Assembly: GCA_040285825.1 (NCBI GenBank)
Contig: JAUPSS010000004.1
Span: forward strand, 2,150,550-2,214,549
Reading direction: 5' to 3'
Length of the DNA stretch: 64,000 nt
Source: Eukaryota sp. TZLM1-RC
Lineage: Eukaryota; Protista; Metamonada: BaSk clade
The translations under genes were made by a program, and so were the position numbers. The notes beneath the pieces were generated by a model, which saw nothing but the letters and a program-made list of their open reading frames with translations, searched no databases and had not been told where the DNA came from. Position 1 is the stretch's first letter, and each line of letters begins with the position of its first letter. Positions 35,905-47,400 of the stretch are shown here, piece by piece.

Positions 35905-37181
35905 TTCCACCTCAGACCACTGAGCTACCTGGGCATGCTTTCTGGAATATCCAATCAATTTACAGAATTTTAATCCAAATGAATCAAATTACCCGAAAAA
36001 TTCGGCAGCGCTACTGGGTGGAAATTTAGAAAAATTCCAACATCAATACTGGAAATGGATAATGTGGACAGGTAAAAGTGTTTTCCATCAGAAAGATTAC
36101 TGTTTTAATTTTTCTATTAGGACTGATGGTGTAAGTTGCTCATTACATCTCATAAGAAAAGATAAAGCTGGGAAGAGTCGCCTTAAGAAGCCCGAACAAG
36201 GTGAAAAAGGTCCATACATGACTGATTTTCTACCGGATGAGCTGATAAAAAATAGCTTCACAGTAATTGACCCTGGCATTAGGGACCAATTGATGGCTGG
36301 GAAGCGAAAATTAAATTGCCCAAATCCCAACATGTTAACTGAACCACATTCAACACCAACAGATGCAAGACAAGAATGGGACGAATGGCGTCATTAAGAA
36401 AACAAAGGAAGAAATACAGGTTTTATTAACAGAATGGAAAAAAACCAAAAAAACAAAACAGTAGATTCTAGACTTCAGGCCAAAACAAAATCCTCCTCCT
36501 GCAAATGAAAACAAGAAAACAAAACTAAAGGAATATACTTTCAAGAGGCTCACTGCTTCCCAAAGGAGAAGAGAAACTCTGAACAAAGAACATCAAAAAT
36601 TCTAAAAGGATGGCAAAGAATCATGGATTTATCAAAACAAAACTGTAAAGGAGTGGAAAGAAGAATTAAAACAATTTTCAAAAAAAACTCTAGATCATGA
36701 AGCATTCCTAGCAAAAAACAACTCTTCTCTCCATGTTGGAGCTTTTTACTTTAACAAAGAATTAAGAGTCAGGAAACTGCGAAGATTCATGGCCACAGAG
36801 AGGTTTGAAGCAAAATGGATGAATTAATTTGAAAATAAGTTTGGAGGTCCAGAAGATAACATTGTAGTGATCTGTGATTGGAAGCAAACCAATTTTAAAC
36901 ATCAAGCACCTACAGAGAATGTTGGTTATCAAAAGATGTTTAAAAAACGTAACTTCCGTCTATTGTTGCTGGACGAATATAGAACTAGTTGTCGATGTCA
37001 TGTATGTGTACTCCAGGGAAAAGAAGGCGAAAATGTGAAGAAACATCGAGTACCTAACCCAAGAGCTTACATGAGAGCAAAGACTCCAACAGTCCTTAGA
37101 CATGGAACACTCACTTGCAAGTTTCGAAAAGATCATCTTGATTCATTTCATCTTCATATGACATTTTTGTGCTATTAGCCG
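35905..37181 (+). mobile_element. Fanzor family C, copy 1 (decayed, RuvC-III region deleted)
   Basis: FNFSIRTDGVSCS, VIDPG (RuvC-I), CDW, LDEYRTSCRCHVC (RuvC-II) and RHGTLTCK. Confidence 0.85.
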
Positions 37182-38405
37182 ATGTCCAGTTGGATTGAAC
37201 AGTTTGATGAAGACTCCCAGGTAGGTCCTCCACCATCATCCAAATCGGTACTGCGTTCCTCCTCTACTCCTGTGCGACTTCCTACATCTCTTTCACATCA
37301 TACAAAGTCCACACCTTCTCTCCCCTCTCCAAGGAAACTAACTCTGAGAAAAGTTGGTTTGCCTACACCCAAACTTTCTCGTCAGCCATCCATCCTTTTA
37401 CAACATTCAAAAACATCAACCTCTTCACAACCTGTTCTCTCCCAAAGGTCCTCCTCTCAACCACCTCTTCCTGTCCTCCTCAAAAGGGCACAGCCTTCGT
37501 TACAATCCCCACACATCCCCAAGTCCAAAGTCACCCGAACTCAGTCTGAGGAGGTCACCGCCAAGCACCAAGAAGCCGCCATTACATCCCTTTCCAAACC
37601 AACGCAACCTCGTGAAAGGAAAACACAACTGAAGGAACCCTTTTTTAGTTGTTTTGCTGATCTCAGCGCTTTAACTATACCAAAAAAAGTTATTTACACT
37701 GATTTTGCTATTCATAAGTTGACAAGTGATTTAATTAACTCTCTTGAGTATTTGAATACCATAAATTTAGCCAATCTGACCGATTCTGATACATTCAAGG
37801 TTATTCAATATTTAATTTTAAATTGTGAAAAAGATTACTCACTGCTGACAGTACTTGGAAAGTTTTGCTCCCTTGACAATTTATCTATTTTAATCAACTC
37901 CTTCAATGAGAATAGGTTTCCTACTTTGACTTTTTTAAATAATTTAATTTTATATTTGATTAGAAAACCTTGCATTGAAATTACTGTAGCTTTGTGTCAA
38001 ATTGCTTGTTTTGTTATTTGCAATATTCATTTTTTAAATAACGTGGCTGGGACAGACAAAGAAGTTGAGCAAATCTTGCGTAAGTTCTTCAAAATACTAC
38101 ATCTGCCAAGATTTTCAGATCCCAAAGATGATAATCTTTTCAGTACTGAATTGATTAGGTTGTTCTTTTTTTCTTGTAATGCACACCCAAAGACCAAACA
38201 GAGACTCACTCAGCATGTTCTCTTATTAATGAAAAGGGTTAGCTCTAGTGACTATGAAAATCAAATGTTTTTTGATTTATGTTTTCAATTCTTCAAAATT
38301 CAAGCACCACAGTTAAAAGACCCTTGTGTGACAAGTGATAGAACATTCATCAGGGGTTTTTTTAAAAGTAAAGGGTACGATATTGTCTCGCTTTGTCAAA
38401 ATTAG
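37182..38405 (+). CDS. Unknown protein (S/P/K-rich N-terminal half, helical C-terminal half)
   Basis: Intact 407-codon ORF. Confidence 0.8.
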   Translation: MSSWIEQFDEDSQVGPPPSSKSVLRSSSTPVRLPTSLSHHTKSTPSLPSPRKLTLRKVGLPTPKLSRQPSILLQHSKTSTSSQPVLSQRSSSQPPLPVLLKRAQPSLQSPHIPKSKVTRTQSEEVTAKHQEAAITSLSKPTQPRERKTQLKEPFFSCFADLSALTIPKKVIYTDFAIHKLTSDLINSLEYLNTINLANLTDSDTFKVIQYLILNCEKDYSLLTVLGKFCSLDNLSILINSFNENRFPTLTFLNNLILYLIRKPCIEITVALCQIACFVICNIHFLNNVAGTDKEVEQILRKFFKILHLPRFSDPKDDNLFSTELIRLFFFSCNAHPKTKQRLTQHVLLLMKRVSSSDYENQMFFDLCFQFFKIQAPQLKDPCVTSDRTFIRGFFKSKGYDIVSLCQN

Positions 38406-38815
38406 ATTGTGGAATTTGTTCAATTCTTTTTTCAAATTTTCTAAATTTGGTTTTTGTGTTTCTTGGTCGACATAACCTCATCAATGTCACTTATTTGATT
38501 AGGCCTTCTCAATTGTCAAATCTGATTAAAAAGGGGAGAAAAAGATGAAATTGTTATTGTTCATGGTATATTATAATGTTATTGCCACTAGTTATTTCAT
38601 TCAACATTCAATTATCAAGAAACATCATTAAGTTGTGATGATATTAACACGACTCGGATATCAATAAGACCTTTTAATTGATAGTTTGATGTTATATCTA
38701 ACCTTTAAAGTTACCAACTCACTATCTTGTTGATTATTTCCTCAAAAAATTAAAGTAAATTTGTTTTTTTAATCTAATTTAATCATTCATAAATTCAATA
38801 CACAGTTTTATAGAA

Positions 38816-39934
38816 TCACCCACACACCATTTGTAACAAATCGTTAATTGCAATCACGTTATATGAAGAATTGAAGTTTGCCAAAGCATCCCACAACAAC
38901 CTCAACTGCTTTAGTTCCTTTTCTTCAAGATCATCATTTCTGAACAACAACACATTAATCGCAGTAGAAATAAAAGGCAGGAAAGAACATGATTGCCTTT
39001 GCGATAAAAGTCTAGCGCAAAGGGAAATGAAAGTAATGATAAACTCTCTATCATTTTGATATTGTTTCCAAAATGCAAAAGGCTTGTCTTGTTGTACTGC
39101 AAAAAATCTGTCCAAGCTATCATAGTCATTCAGCGCCAGTACATCTTCAAACCTTACGGGATCAGCTGAAGGAGCAACGTTAAGGGCGATAAGACGGGAG
39201 GAAAGAGTAGCTAAATGCCGTTCTATTTCAGTAGCATCCGATGGTACTTCAAACTCTGGAACCAATACCTTGCTCGATTTGTGTAGATGAGGGTTGCTTG
39301 TGGTCAGTTTTTGTAAATCTGAGACTAATTCTTCTGGCAAAACACTGCTTTGACACAGATGGTTTAAACTATCTCTCAGTGGGTTTAGGAGAGAATCAAC
39401 TTCTGTTTTCACTATAGTGTTGATCACGCCAACATCAAAGATGGGAGAATCATTTTGTTGTTGGAGGTGGTTTTGAACCTCGTTGCAAGTCTTCTTAACC
39501 AATTCTATGGTTTGTGCTTGTGTGTGTAACTGCTGTGTCAAGAAAGACGACATCGTGGCACTGACAGAATCTTTAACTAGATTTTCAACCTGTGACAGAA
39601 CCCGCTTTGACACTCGATCAATAACTTCTTCTGAGGAATTGTGTTGAATATCATGGGTTTGCGAGGGAGATAGAGGTTCTTCGGAGGAGGGATCACGCTG
39701 CTCCAAAACTGGAGAAGGAGAAGGAGAATCAGCTACATGTGACGCATCATTACTGATATATTCATCACATGAGGTTGCAGAATCATCATCTACAACAACA
39801 GCCTTGGTGGAGGTTTGCATATCGCTGGTGTTGGAAGCTGCAACTGAGTCCTCACGCACTGAATTCGAATGTACTGAGCTCCTACTCGATTTGCCACTGT
39901 CTGAAGAAGACTGTTTCTTGCCAAATAGCCCCAT
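38816..39934 (-). CDS. Unknown coiled-coil protein with an EDC4-like C-terminal domain
   Basis: 372-codon ORF whose C-terminus aligns by eye with that of 40433-43051. Confidence 0.7.
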   Translation of the reverse strand: MGLFGKKQSSSDSGKSSRSSVHSNSVREDSVAASNTSDMQTSTKAVVVDDDSATSCDEYISNDASHVADSPSPSPVLEQRDPSSEEPLSPSQTHDIQHNSSEEVIDRVSKRVLSQVENLVKDSVSATMSSFLTQQLHTQAQTIELVKKTCNEVQNHLQQQNDSPIFDVGVINTIVKTEVDSLLNPLRDSLNHLCQSSVLPEELVSDLQKLTTSNPHLHKSSKVLVPEFEVPSDATEIERHLATLSSRLIALNVAPSADPVRFEDVLALNDYDSLDRFFAVQQDKPFAFWKQYQNDREFIITFISLCARLLSQRQSCSFLPFISTAINVLLFRNDDLEEKELKQLRLLWDALANFNSSYNVIAINDLLQMVCG

Positions 39935-40432
39935 GAGAATGTCCTGTCAAGAAAACAAAATTTTTGATAAAAGAATTTTGATATTTATATTCACACAAAT
40001 TGAGAATAGAGGCGCGGATAATCAAAAACCAGCAAAAGAAACCGCAGAAACATCCTGAATGTCACAATGTGACAGCTTTGTAATGACCCTTTCAAGACTT
40101 TGTACACAAACCCTGATAGTAGTCATAAATCACATTATTATCAAAAGATTCAATGCATTTACGAAGCGTAAAATTTGTCATTTCGAACAATAACACTTTA
40201 AATAAATAAAGCAAGTAGACAAACATATGAATTTTAATGTATTCACATTTTACGATAGATTCCTGAATGACGAATAATTCCAAAACAATTCTTTTGCTGT
40301 TGAAGCTGTGTGAAACACCAACAAAGTTAAATTCGACGGTGAAAATTTGATTTTATGGACGAGAGTTGTTGACAATGGTTGATTCTTGAAAATTAAAAAA
40401 AGTACAAAATTTTGAGTTCATTTTCCAACACA

Positions 40433-43051
40433 ATGTTACCAATCAATGACCACATTCAACCAGTAGTTCAGTTGAAGGAACTTCCCTCACAGAATCTCCA
40501 TGGTTTTGCATCTCATAATGTGTTATCTGTATTCTTCCAGAAGAAGCTGATTTTCGCTGATACCTCCGCTGAGCCTGCCCTCTTGGCAAAGGTCAAGAGT
40601 ATCAAGGGAGCTATTGCTGAAACCTTCCTTGTTCCACTTTCTGATGTTTCCTATCTCTGTATTGTTTCCACACCCGCTAAGAAAATCCATGTATTGAGAG
40701 CTCAAGTCTGTGACCAAGATCCATCCGAAGCACCACCCACCGTTGCACCTCTCCATACCATTTGCACCGCCTTGCTCTCTGATGATGTGCCACGAGTCTG
40801 TTGTTCCACTCTTCCCGAACAAGATGAATGTCATCTCTACATTACCTCATCTTCCTTCATTTATTCTATTTCCCTCTCAACATCTATTCCTTCTACAGAA
40901 ATATATACCCTATCCACTGAAGATCCCCATCATTCATTTGCTTCGCCAATTACCTCCCTTACAGCCATCCTCTCCACAAGGAACCAAGAACACCTAATTG
41001 CTGTTGCTGTTGAGAAGGAACTTGTCCTTCTTTCCGAAGGAAGTACGTCCAAAGCAATGCAAGTAGTGACTCATCATTCGTTTGAACAACCAATCACTTC
41101 TCTTTTCTTCCACAATGATGAACTCGTCTCTGTATGTACATCCACTACCCTTCATGTTCTTGCTCTTACGCCCTCCTCTTTTATTCCAATGTCTACCATG
41201 GTTCTCCCTGAAGTAGAACAAGGAAGGTGGATGACTCGGGCTAGCAGTAGCTCAAAGTTTATTTTGGCTTTTAATGGAGGGTTGCTTTATCTGTTTGAGT
41301 TGGAAGGTCATTTGTTAAAAGAAAGCTATAAGTTCCAGAATGAAGGTGGTGTTGTTATTCCCAGCTCTCCCGTGTTCTGTTCTCATGATAGAGAACATTC
41401 TTGGTTGGTGTGTACCAGTCAGGAACAGCAAGTTTTTTTGAGTGTTCAAGCGATAAAGGATGATGCTGAGGTTGAAGTCTCTGAAATGCCTGAACAAGTC
41501 TCTCAAAGCCAAACCGAAGAAGGAGCGAAAGAGGTTGACAGTCAGAAAGTGGTCGTTGAAAGTCAAGAAGAGTGTCAGAAAGAAGAAGAAAATGTCGAGG
41601 TTGTCCAAGAAGAGATTGTTGATATCCCTCAACCCCAGGAACAACCAGTAGAAGTAGCTCCACAAGAAGAAAACATGGTTCAAGAGTCAAGCCAAGTCAA
41701 TCCCAATTTTGAGCCTGTTGAAGAACCCAAGAAAGAAGTTGCTGCTGCAGTGATTGAAAAACTTTCACAAGAAATCTCCCAAATTCCCGACCGAGTCGCT
41801 GAAAGTCAAACAGAACCCCTTGAAAAAGAATCAGTAACTGAAGATTTTCAACGTCGTCATGCTGAGTTAGTGGAGGAAATCGAATCTTTGAAGGTGTCCA
41901 ATGAACGATTATTGGATGAGAATCATTCCATGACACGTAAATTAGCAGAGAAAGGCCCCCAGATTTCACAACAACCAATCAATGTTGATCTGATTGTAGC
42001 AGCCGTTTCTGAAGGTTTAGAAGCACGTGTTCAGTCAATTGTCACATCATCAGTCAATCAATCACTTCAATCAATCACTCCTTCTTTAAATCAATCAATT
42101 GAACAGGTTGAAAAGGCAAATGCATCCCTTCAAAATTCAGTGGGCCATGTCTTGAACAAGATCAAGGCAACTAGTACTCAGATTGGCAACAAACTCGCAA
42201 CATGCCAAAATCAGTTTAAAGAAGAGTTGTTGTCTGCAGTTTCAAAGTTTGAAAGTCAGCTAAACCATAAGATGGCCAATTTTGCCAAACAATTCAATGA
42301 AGTCCACAAGGATTCCATGGCTGGAGTCTTCTCATCTTCCATAGTCCCTGCCATCAATGAAACCTTGAATGAAACTTTAGGCCCTCTTTGTGCAATGATT
42401 AGTCAGTTAAAAACCAAACTTCGACAAGAAGTCTCTGGAAGTCATGATGATTTGAGCGTTCAGATTGGAGCACTAGTGTCGGAAGTATCCAATGTGCAAA
42501 AGGAATTAGCAAAGGTTTCTAAAAACATTCAGAGTCAAGGCAAGACCCAATCTAATCTAGATGCATCCATCAATGACTTATCTCTCCAAATTCAAAATAT
42601 TTCCAGAAAATTATCGCAAGTTGGAAATATATCCGATCCTGCCACAATATTTGCTAATGAACAATTAATGTTGATTTCAAATGGCAAAATAGAAGATGCC
42701 TTTATTAATCTATTGTCTAATAGTGACGTCAGTTTCATCGGGAGAGCCTTTGAGCACATGTGTTGTAACATTCCAAAACCTTTCACTATTGTTAAGAAAT
42801 TGAATGTAGATTTCATTTCAAGGTTGCTTTTGTTGCTCAACATTGTACTCAAATATGCTGACGACACCTCTCCTCTCCTTCGCTTTGCTTCTGCCGTGGT
42901 TCTCCGAGCTACTGCTGAGGATGACCTCAGTGGGGAGCTTGGGAAAAATTTGGTAGATCTCTCTGAATCTATTAGTGGAATGCAGCAATCAAAGGAGCGT
43001 GATGAATTGCTGAGTGTTTTTGGTGTCTGTGGATTGTCTTCTTGTTATTGA
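40433..43051 (+). CDS. EDC4/Ge-1/VARICOSE-like decapping scaffold
   Basis: Beta-rich (propeller-like) N-terminus, acidic linker, coiled coil, FSSSIVPA, and DP...LISNGKIEDAFINLLSNSD C-terminal motif. Confidence 0.6.
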   Translation: MLPINDHIQPVVQLKELPSQNLHGFASHNVLSVFFQKKLIFADTSAEPALLAKVKSIKGAIAETFLVPLSDVSYLCIVSTPAKKIHVLRAQVCDQDPSEAPPTVAPLHTICTALLSDDVPRVCCSTLPEQDECHLYITSSSFIYSISLSTSIPSTEIYTLSTEDPHHSFASPITSLTAILSTRNQEHLIAVAVEKELVLLSEGSTSKAMQVVTHHSFEQPITSLFFHNDELVSVCTSTTLHVLALTPSSFIPMSTMVLPEVEQGRWMTRASSSSKFILAFNGGLLYLFELEGHLLKESYKFQNEGGVVIPSSPVFCSHDREHSWLVCTSQEQQVFLSVQAIKDDAEVEVSEMPEQVSQSQTEEGAKEVDSQKVVVESQEECQKEEENVEVVQEEIVDIPQPQEQPVEVAPQEENMVQESSQVNPNFEPVEEPKKEVAAAVIEKLSQEISQIPDRVAESQTEPLEKESVTEDFQRRHAELVEEIESLKVSNERLLDENHSMTRKLAEKGPQISQQPINVDLIVAAVSEGLEARVQSIVTSSVNQSLQSITPSLNQSIEQVEKANASLQNSVGHVLNKIKATSTQIGNKLATCQNQFKEELLSAVSKFESQLNHKMANFAKQFNEVHKDSMAGVFSSSIVPAINETLNETLGPLCAMISQLKTKLRQEVSGSHDDLSVQIGALVSEVSNVQKELAKVSKNIQSQGKTQSNLDASINDLSLQIQNISRKLSQVGNISDPATIFANEQLMLISNGKIEDAFINLLSNSDVSFIGRAFEHMCCNIPKPFTIVKKLNVDFISRLLLLLNIVLKYADDTSPLLRFASAVVLRATAEDDLSGELGKNLVDLSESISGMQQSKERDELLSVFGVCGLSSCY

Positions 43052-43135
43052 TCCTGTGTATTAAGTTTTTGTTAAAAATCAAAAATCAATAAATTTTTTA
43101 TAAATCAATGTTTTTAAAAATACCCCATCTTCAAC

Positions 43136-43432
43136 TCAGTCCTCCTCTTCCTGCAATTCATGAATAGAAGGAGCCAACAACCGCAACAATTCGGGGCTCT
43201 CATGTATTGCAAGGATAATGTGGCGAGGTCTTATGATTCCAACTGCTGTTTTTTCACAAATGTCAGAAGCTCCTTCTAGTAGATAAGTGGTAATTGTGTC
43301 TAGAACTGATGCTAGATACACTGCACCTGAGGACGACACACGACCTTGCTTGTGAAATCCAATAAGCCTCCGATGAATCTTGCCCCCTGGAAAGATAACT
43401 TCTGGTGGTTGGGGAATTAAATTATCAGACAT
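43136..43432 (-). CDS. Divergent short histone H2A-like protein
   Basis: FPGGKIHRRL...RVSSSGAVYLASVL...LLE...IRPRHIILAI...EL.RLL. Confidence 0.85.
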   Translation of the reverse strand: MSDNLIPQPPEVIFPGGKIHRRLIGFHKQGRVSSSGAVYLASVLDTITTYLLEGASDICEKTAVGIIRPRHIILAIHESPELLRLLAPSIHELQEEED

Positions 43433-44409
43433 GAAGAAACAAAAGTGAACATCAGGAGTAGTAAGAGATCCTCATTCTTGCGATTGCTGATGAACTCAAT
43501 ATCCCACACTACCTACAGGCTACAATGTGTTATGAACAATCTCGAGTCAAATCTGCAGTACACAAGGAACAAGAACAAGATACCATTCAGTGAATCTCAG
43601 GTTGATCTAGTGAGACAGTTGCTAACATGTAAGGAAAAACTGCATGTGATTAACGCTGAAGAGCATAAAATGATGCATTGAAAGTGGCGACTTTAGTACA
43701 CCCTTTTTCTTATTAGAAGAATTAGAACAAAATAGGGATAATGACTTTCATTATTCAATAGCGAGTGGGATGAATAATATAAATTGCCTTGAAGTACATG
43801 ATGTAAAAATATGTTTTGTGGTAACGTGGTAACAAAAGAAAACATATGATATATTCAAGTTTTGTTTAGGAGAAAATCTTCCACTTCGTGTGACAAATCT
43901 CAATCCGTCAACATTAGGATAGAAGAAACTAATTTCCACTATAGACAAACGATACTGGTATCATGGACAGTATCATCATAAAAAGCGAAACGCTAGAAGC
44001 TGGAAAATTATCATAGTGGAACACCGCAAAGTATCATCCAAGATCCATTTGATACATTAATGGCGTTTTGTTGAATTTCATTACAATAATCTCCCTAGTC
44101 ATCACAATTGTGACTTCTTAACCATAATAACAGGGATAGCAACAACAATTGGATTCTAATCAAAATCAAATCTATTTTAACAGCAATTAATCTATTTTTG
44201 GAGTAGTAAAATTGATTGGATGTTGACTATAATTAGTTTTGGTTGTTCGGCACTTCAATAACTGACACAGCGCACATCACAGCTAACAGGGCAGTGAGGA
44301 CCACATATGCAAATGGTGGAGATCGACCAGTATCCTTACAAAGAACTGATGGTGTTGTTTGGAAATTCTTTCATTTTCAAAACAAACTCAGTCCCTCAAC
44401 ATTTACAAT

Positions 44410-47400
44410 ATGGATGAATCTAGTTCAGTCTTCCATTCAACTCTAAACTTCACCCTGGACCAGTTCTCTCTTCCTGAATCTCCACTTCCTTTAGCTCCAT
44501 CAGATCTTGAATCATCTCTCGAAGAACAACTTTTTTCCAACAAAGGTGGTGGTAATATTTCTGTGATATGGGCTGTCAAAGCTCATGTATTTCACCATTC
44601 CAAGAAGAAAAAAGAAGATAAAATCGTTGCCATCGTCCGCCACTACTCTGCTACCTATGCAACCTTCATCATTAACCCCATTGGATGGAGAGGAAACCGC
44701 TATTCCATCAATGACGTCATTCCCATCACAGATTATCCCCAAGTTTCTAAATCAACTTTCCGCAAGCCAAAGGATGATGATTCCGTTGTTGTTTGTATTG
44801 ATTTTGGTTGCCTCAAGCTTGAAGTTGACCTCTCTACTCCTCAGTTGTACACTTTGTACACCGCTTTCTCTTGCCTATGTGACGAAATGTTCTCTTCATC
44901 TCCTCAACACTCCTTCTTGCGTCGGGTCTCCTCTGTTGAATGGACATCATCTTTTCTTTCAGAGACACGGGAAGACACGGATCATAGTGTGGAATGTGTA
45001 TCAAAACTTCTTTCTCCTTCCATATCTCAATCTCTGAGGGAAGATCTCATAACGGAACTATGTAGGTCAATTCTATCAAAAACGGTATGTGTAATGATTG
45101 CTAAACAAATCAAAACATGTTTCACAGATAGAACTTCTGTGCCAGGAATCATGGAAAGTGCCCTTTTGGTAATCAAAGCTATGGTGAAAACTCCGCATAA
45201 TGATTTAAATTTAGTAAAGGAGTTGTCATTGATTATTGAAAAAGCTAAGACTTTTTTCTGGAATGAAGGGAGTTTAGGAAATTTGGTTGGTGGATTGGCT
45301 GGTGATCTGGAACAGTTAGAGGGTTTACTACCCTTTCCCGACCTTGATGTGCTTGATGACGTGGTACCCCAATCAAAAATGATTGCTGACGTCATGAACA
45401 AGGATTTTATTACCCGAAAAGGTTCTTTTTTTGAAGGAAAAAGACATGAATTGGGAAATTGTGTTGATCGCAACTCGTTAACTCTGTTTGGTTTAGTTTT
45501 TAATGAAGATTTCACCTCAATTCTTGTCGATTCTGACTGGAACCCGCCTAATCAATCAATCGTAAATCCCTGTCCTTCCAATATGGACCGTGATCATCCA
45601 GAATTCACAAGAATTCTTTCTCTAACTCCAAGTTTACCTTTATACTCAAATCAGGTCAAAATTGATCCATTTCCTCTTCGTAGCTGTATTAACAATGCTT
45701 ACGTGACTTTGACTGAAGAGTTGGGCAATTTAGATCTAGGGTTTACTTATGCTGACGTGATCAATCTGACCTTGATTGACTCGGTTGCCGTCTGTACGGT
45801 CACCAGTATCAGCACAAATGACTTGCCCTTTGAATGTGCAAGTGGCAAATACGAATGGATTCCTTTTAGAGAATATGAACATGATTTCTATTTTAAATAT
45901 TTAAGGAATTTTGATTTTAAATCACGGGTATCAACAATGGATAATCGTTTTCTGTCGATGATTGTTGAGTGGTATCAATCAAATCACATAACCCGACCGT
46001 TATCACCAGGTTTTTACCTGGGCTGTGTTCAGATAGTTTCCGATTTGAACGGGTTACACATAGTTCCTGACCGTGACAATCATGATCACGTGCCTTTGGT
46101 TTTGATTGACAATCAACTTCCGACTGCTGAAGAGGCAGCATGGTTACAGACAGTTAATTACAAACTGACGAATGGCGATGAGCCCTTATGTCCCTCTTTT
46201 GATCCCAATTCGAAATATTTGAATTTTGAACAAAAATTTGTCCTTGCAGTTGACAAACTCAAGCAAAAACTAGGTTTTGATGACTTGGGAGAGTTTTACG
46301 ACTGGGAAATGATTCCAATCAATCAAACAAACCAGTCAAAAATGATGGTTTTTATTAAACTTGGTTCTGAGCAAGATTTGCTTAATCTAACCCCTCTTGA
46401 GTCTTTTGAAATTAGACACTTCACTTACAACTTTAATTCATTCGTCAATCCTTTATACCGCAAATCCGATCAATTAGTCTCCCTAGAAGCTTGTCAACGG
46501 CTGGAGGCCGCTAGTTACTCTCAAGTGGATGATTTTGCAGAACAAACAAGTATTTTGGAAAAGATTTCAAATGAAACAATACTACTGGAAAGGGCTTTTT
46601 CTATCATTCGTTGGATTACAAGGCTCGTCACTTGGGTTTTGGAAGGATCAACGCCTGTGTATGAGAAGGTCGATAATCACAGCTCTTTGTGTCTTTCTGA
46701 GCTTGGAGCTCTTTGTTTTGAACTAGTTCAACAAGAATCTCAACGACTTTTGGAACAATTTGACCTTTTACTTTCAATCTCATACCCCTCCACATTTGAT
46801 TCTATGGTATCTTCTCTTCAAGTTTTGTGGTCAAGATACGATCGAGAAGATCAAGCCCTTTTGGATGTGGAAGATAGCGATGTCATGTACCAACCAAAGC
46901 TTAAACCCATTGGCCAAGTTGCTGAAGTCAAAGTTGATGAAGTCGTTTCTAGGTTTTCTTTATATGACTTGGCTGACCATGTTGATTTTGAATTAACTGG
47001 AAGTGATATCTGTCTAGGAATTGTTGAAGAAATTGTGGAGTCTGTGTTAGTTGAGGTCATTGATGTACCAGAGTTGATTGAAATTGAAGACATAATTTCA
47101 GAAAATGTTGAACTACTTGAAATAATGGACTTGATAGTTGAAGAAGCTGCTCTAATCACCTTGGAGAATCACCATAAGGCTCTTTTAATACAAGAGCAAG
47201 AGAAGTTCAGGTCTCAGCTGGTTTCCCTCTTTTCCCAGCCTCTCCCCTCTTATGAAGCCTGCCCCATCACTGGCAGAAAACCAGATGCCGTTGAATTATT
47301 AAAAACATGTTATACCGATTTTATCAAAGATCAAGTAGCTTTTTTTAATTCTACAGTCAATCATGTGGAAATGTTTTTTGAGCGTTTAAATGACTTGCAC

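Noticed and set aside
43445-43681. Small ORF divergent from the H2A-like gene
   Set aside because: No recognisable motif. It may be real but is unsupported.
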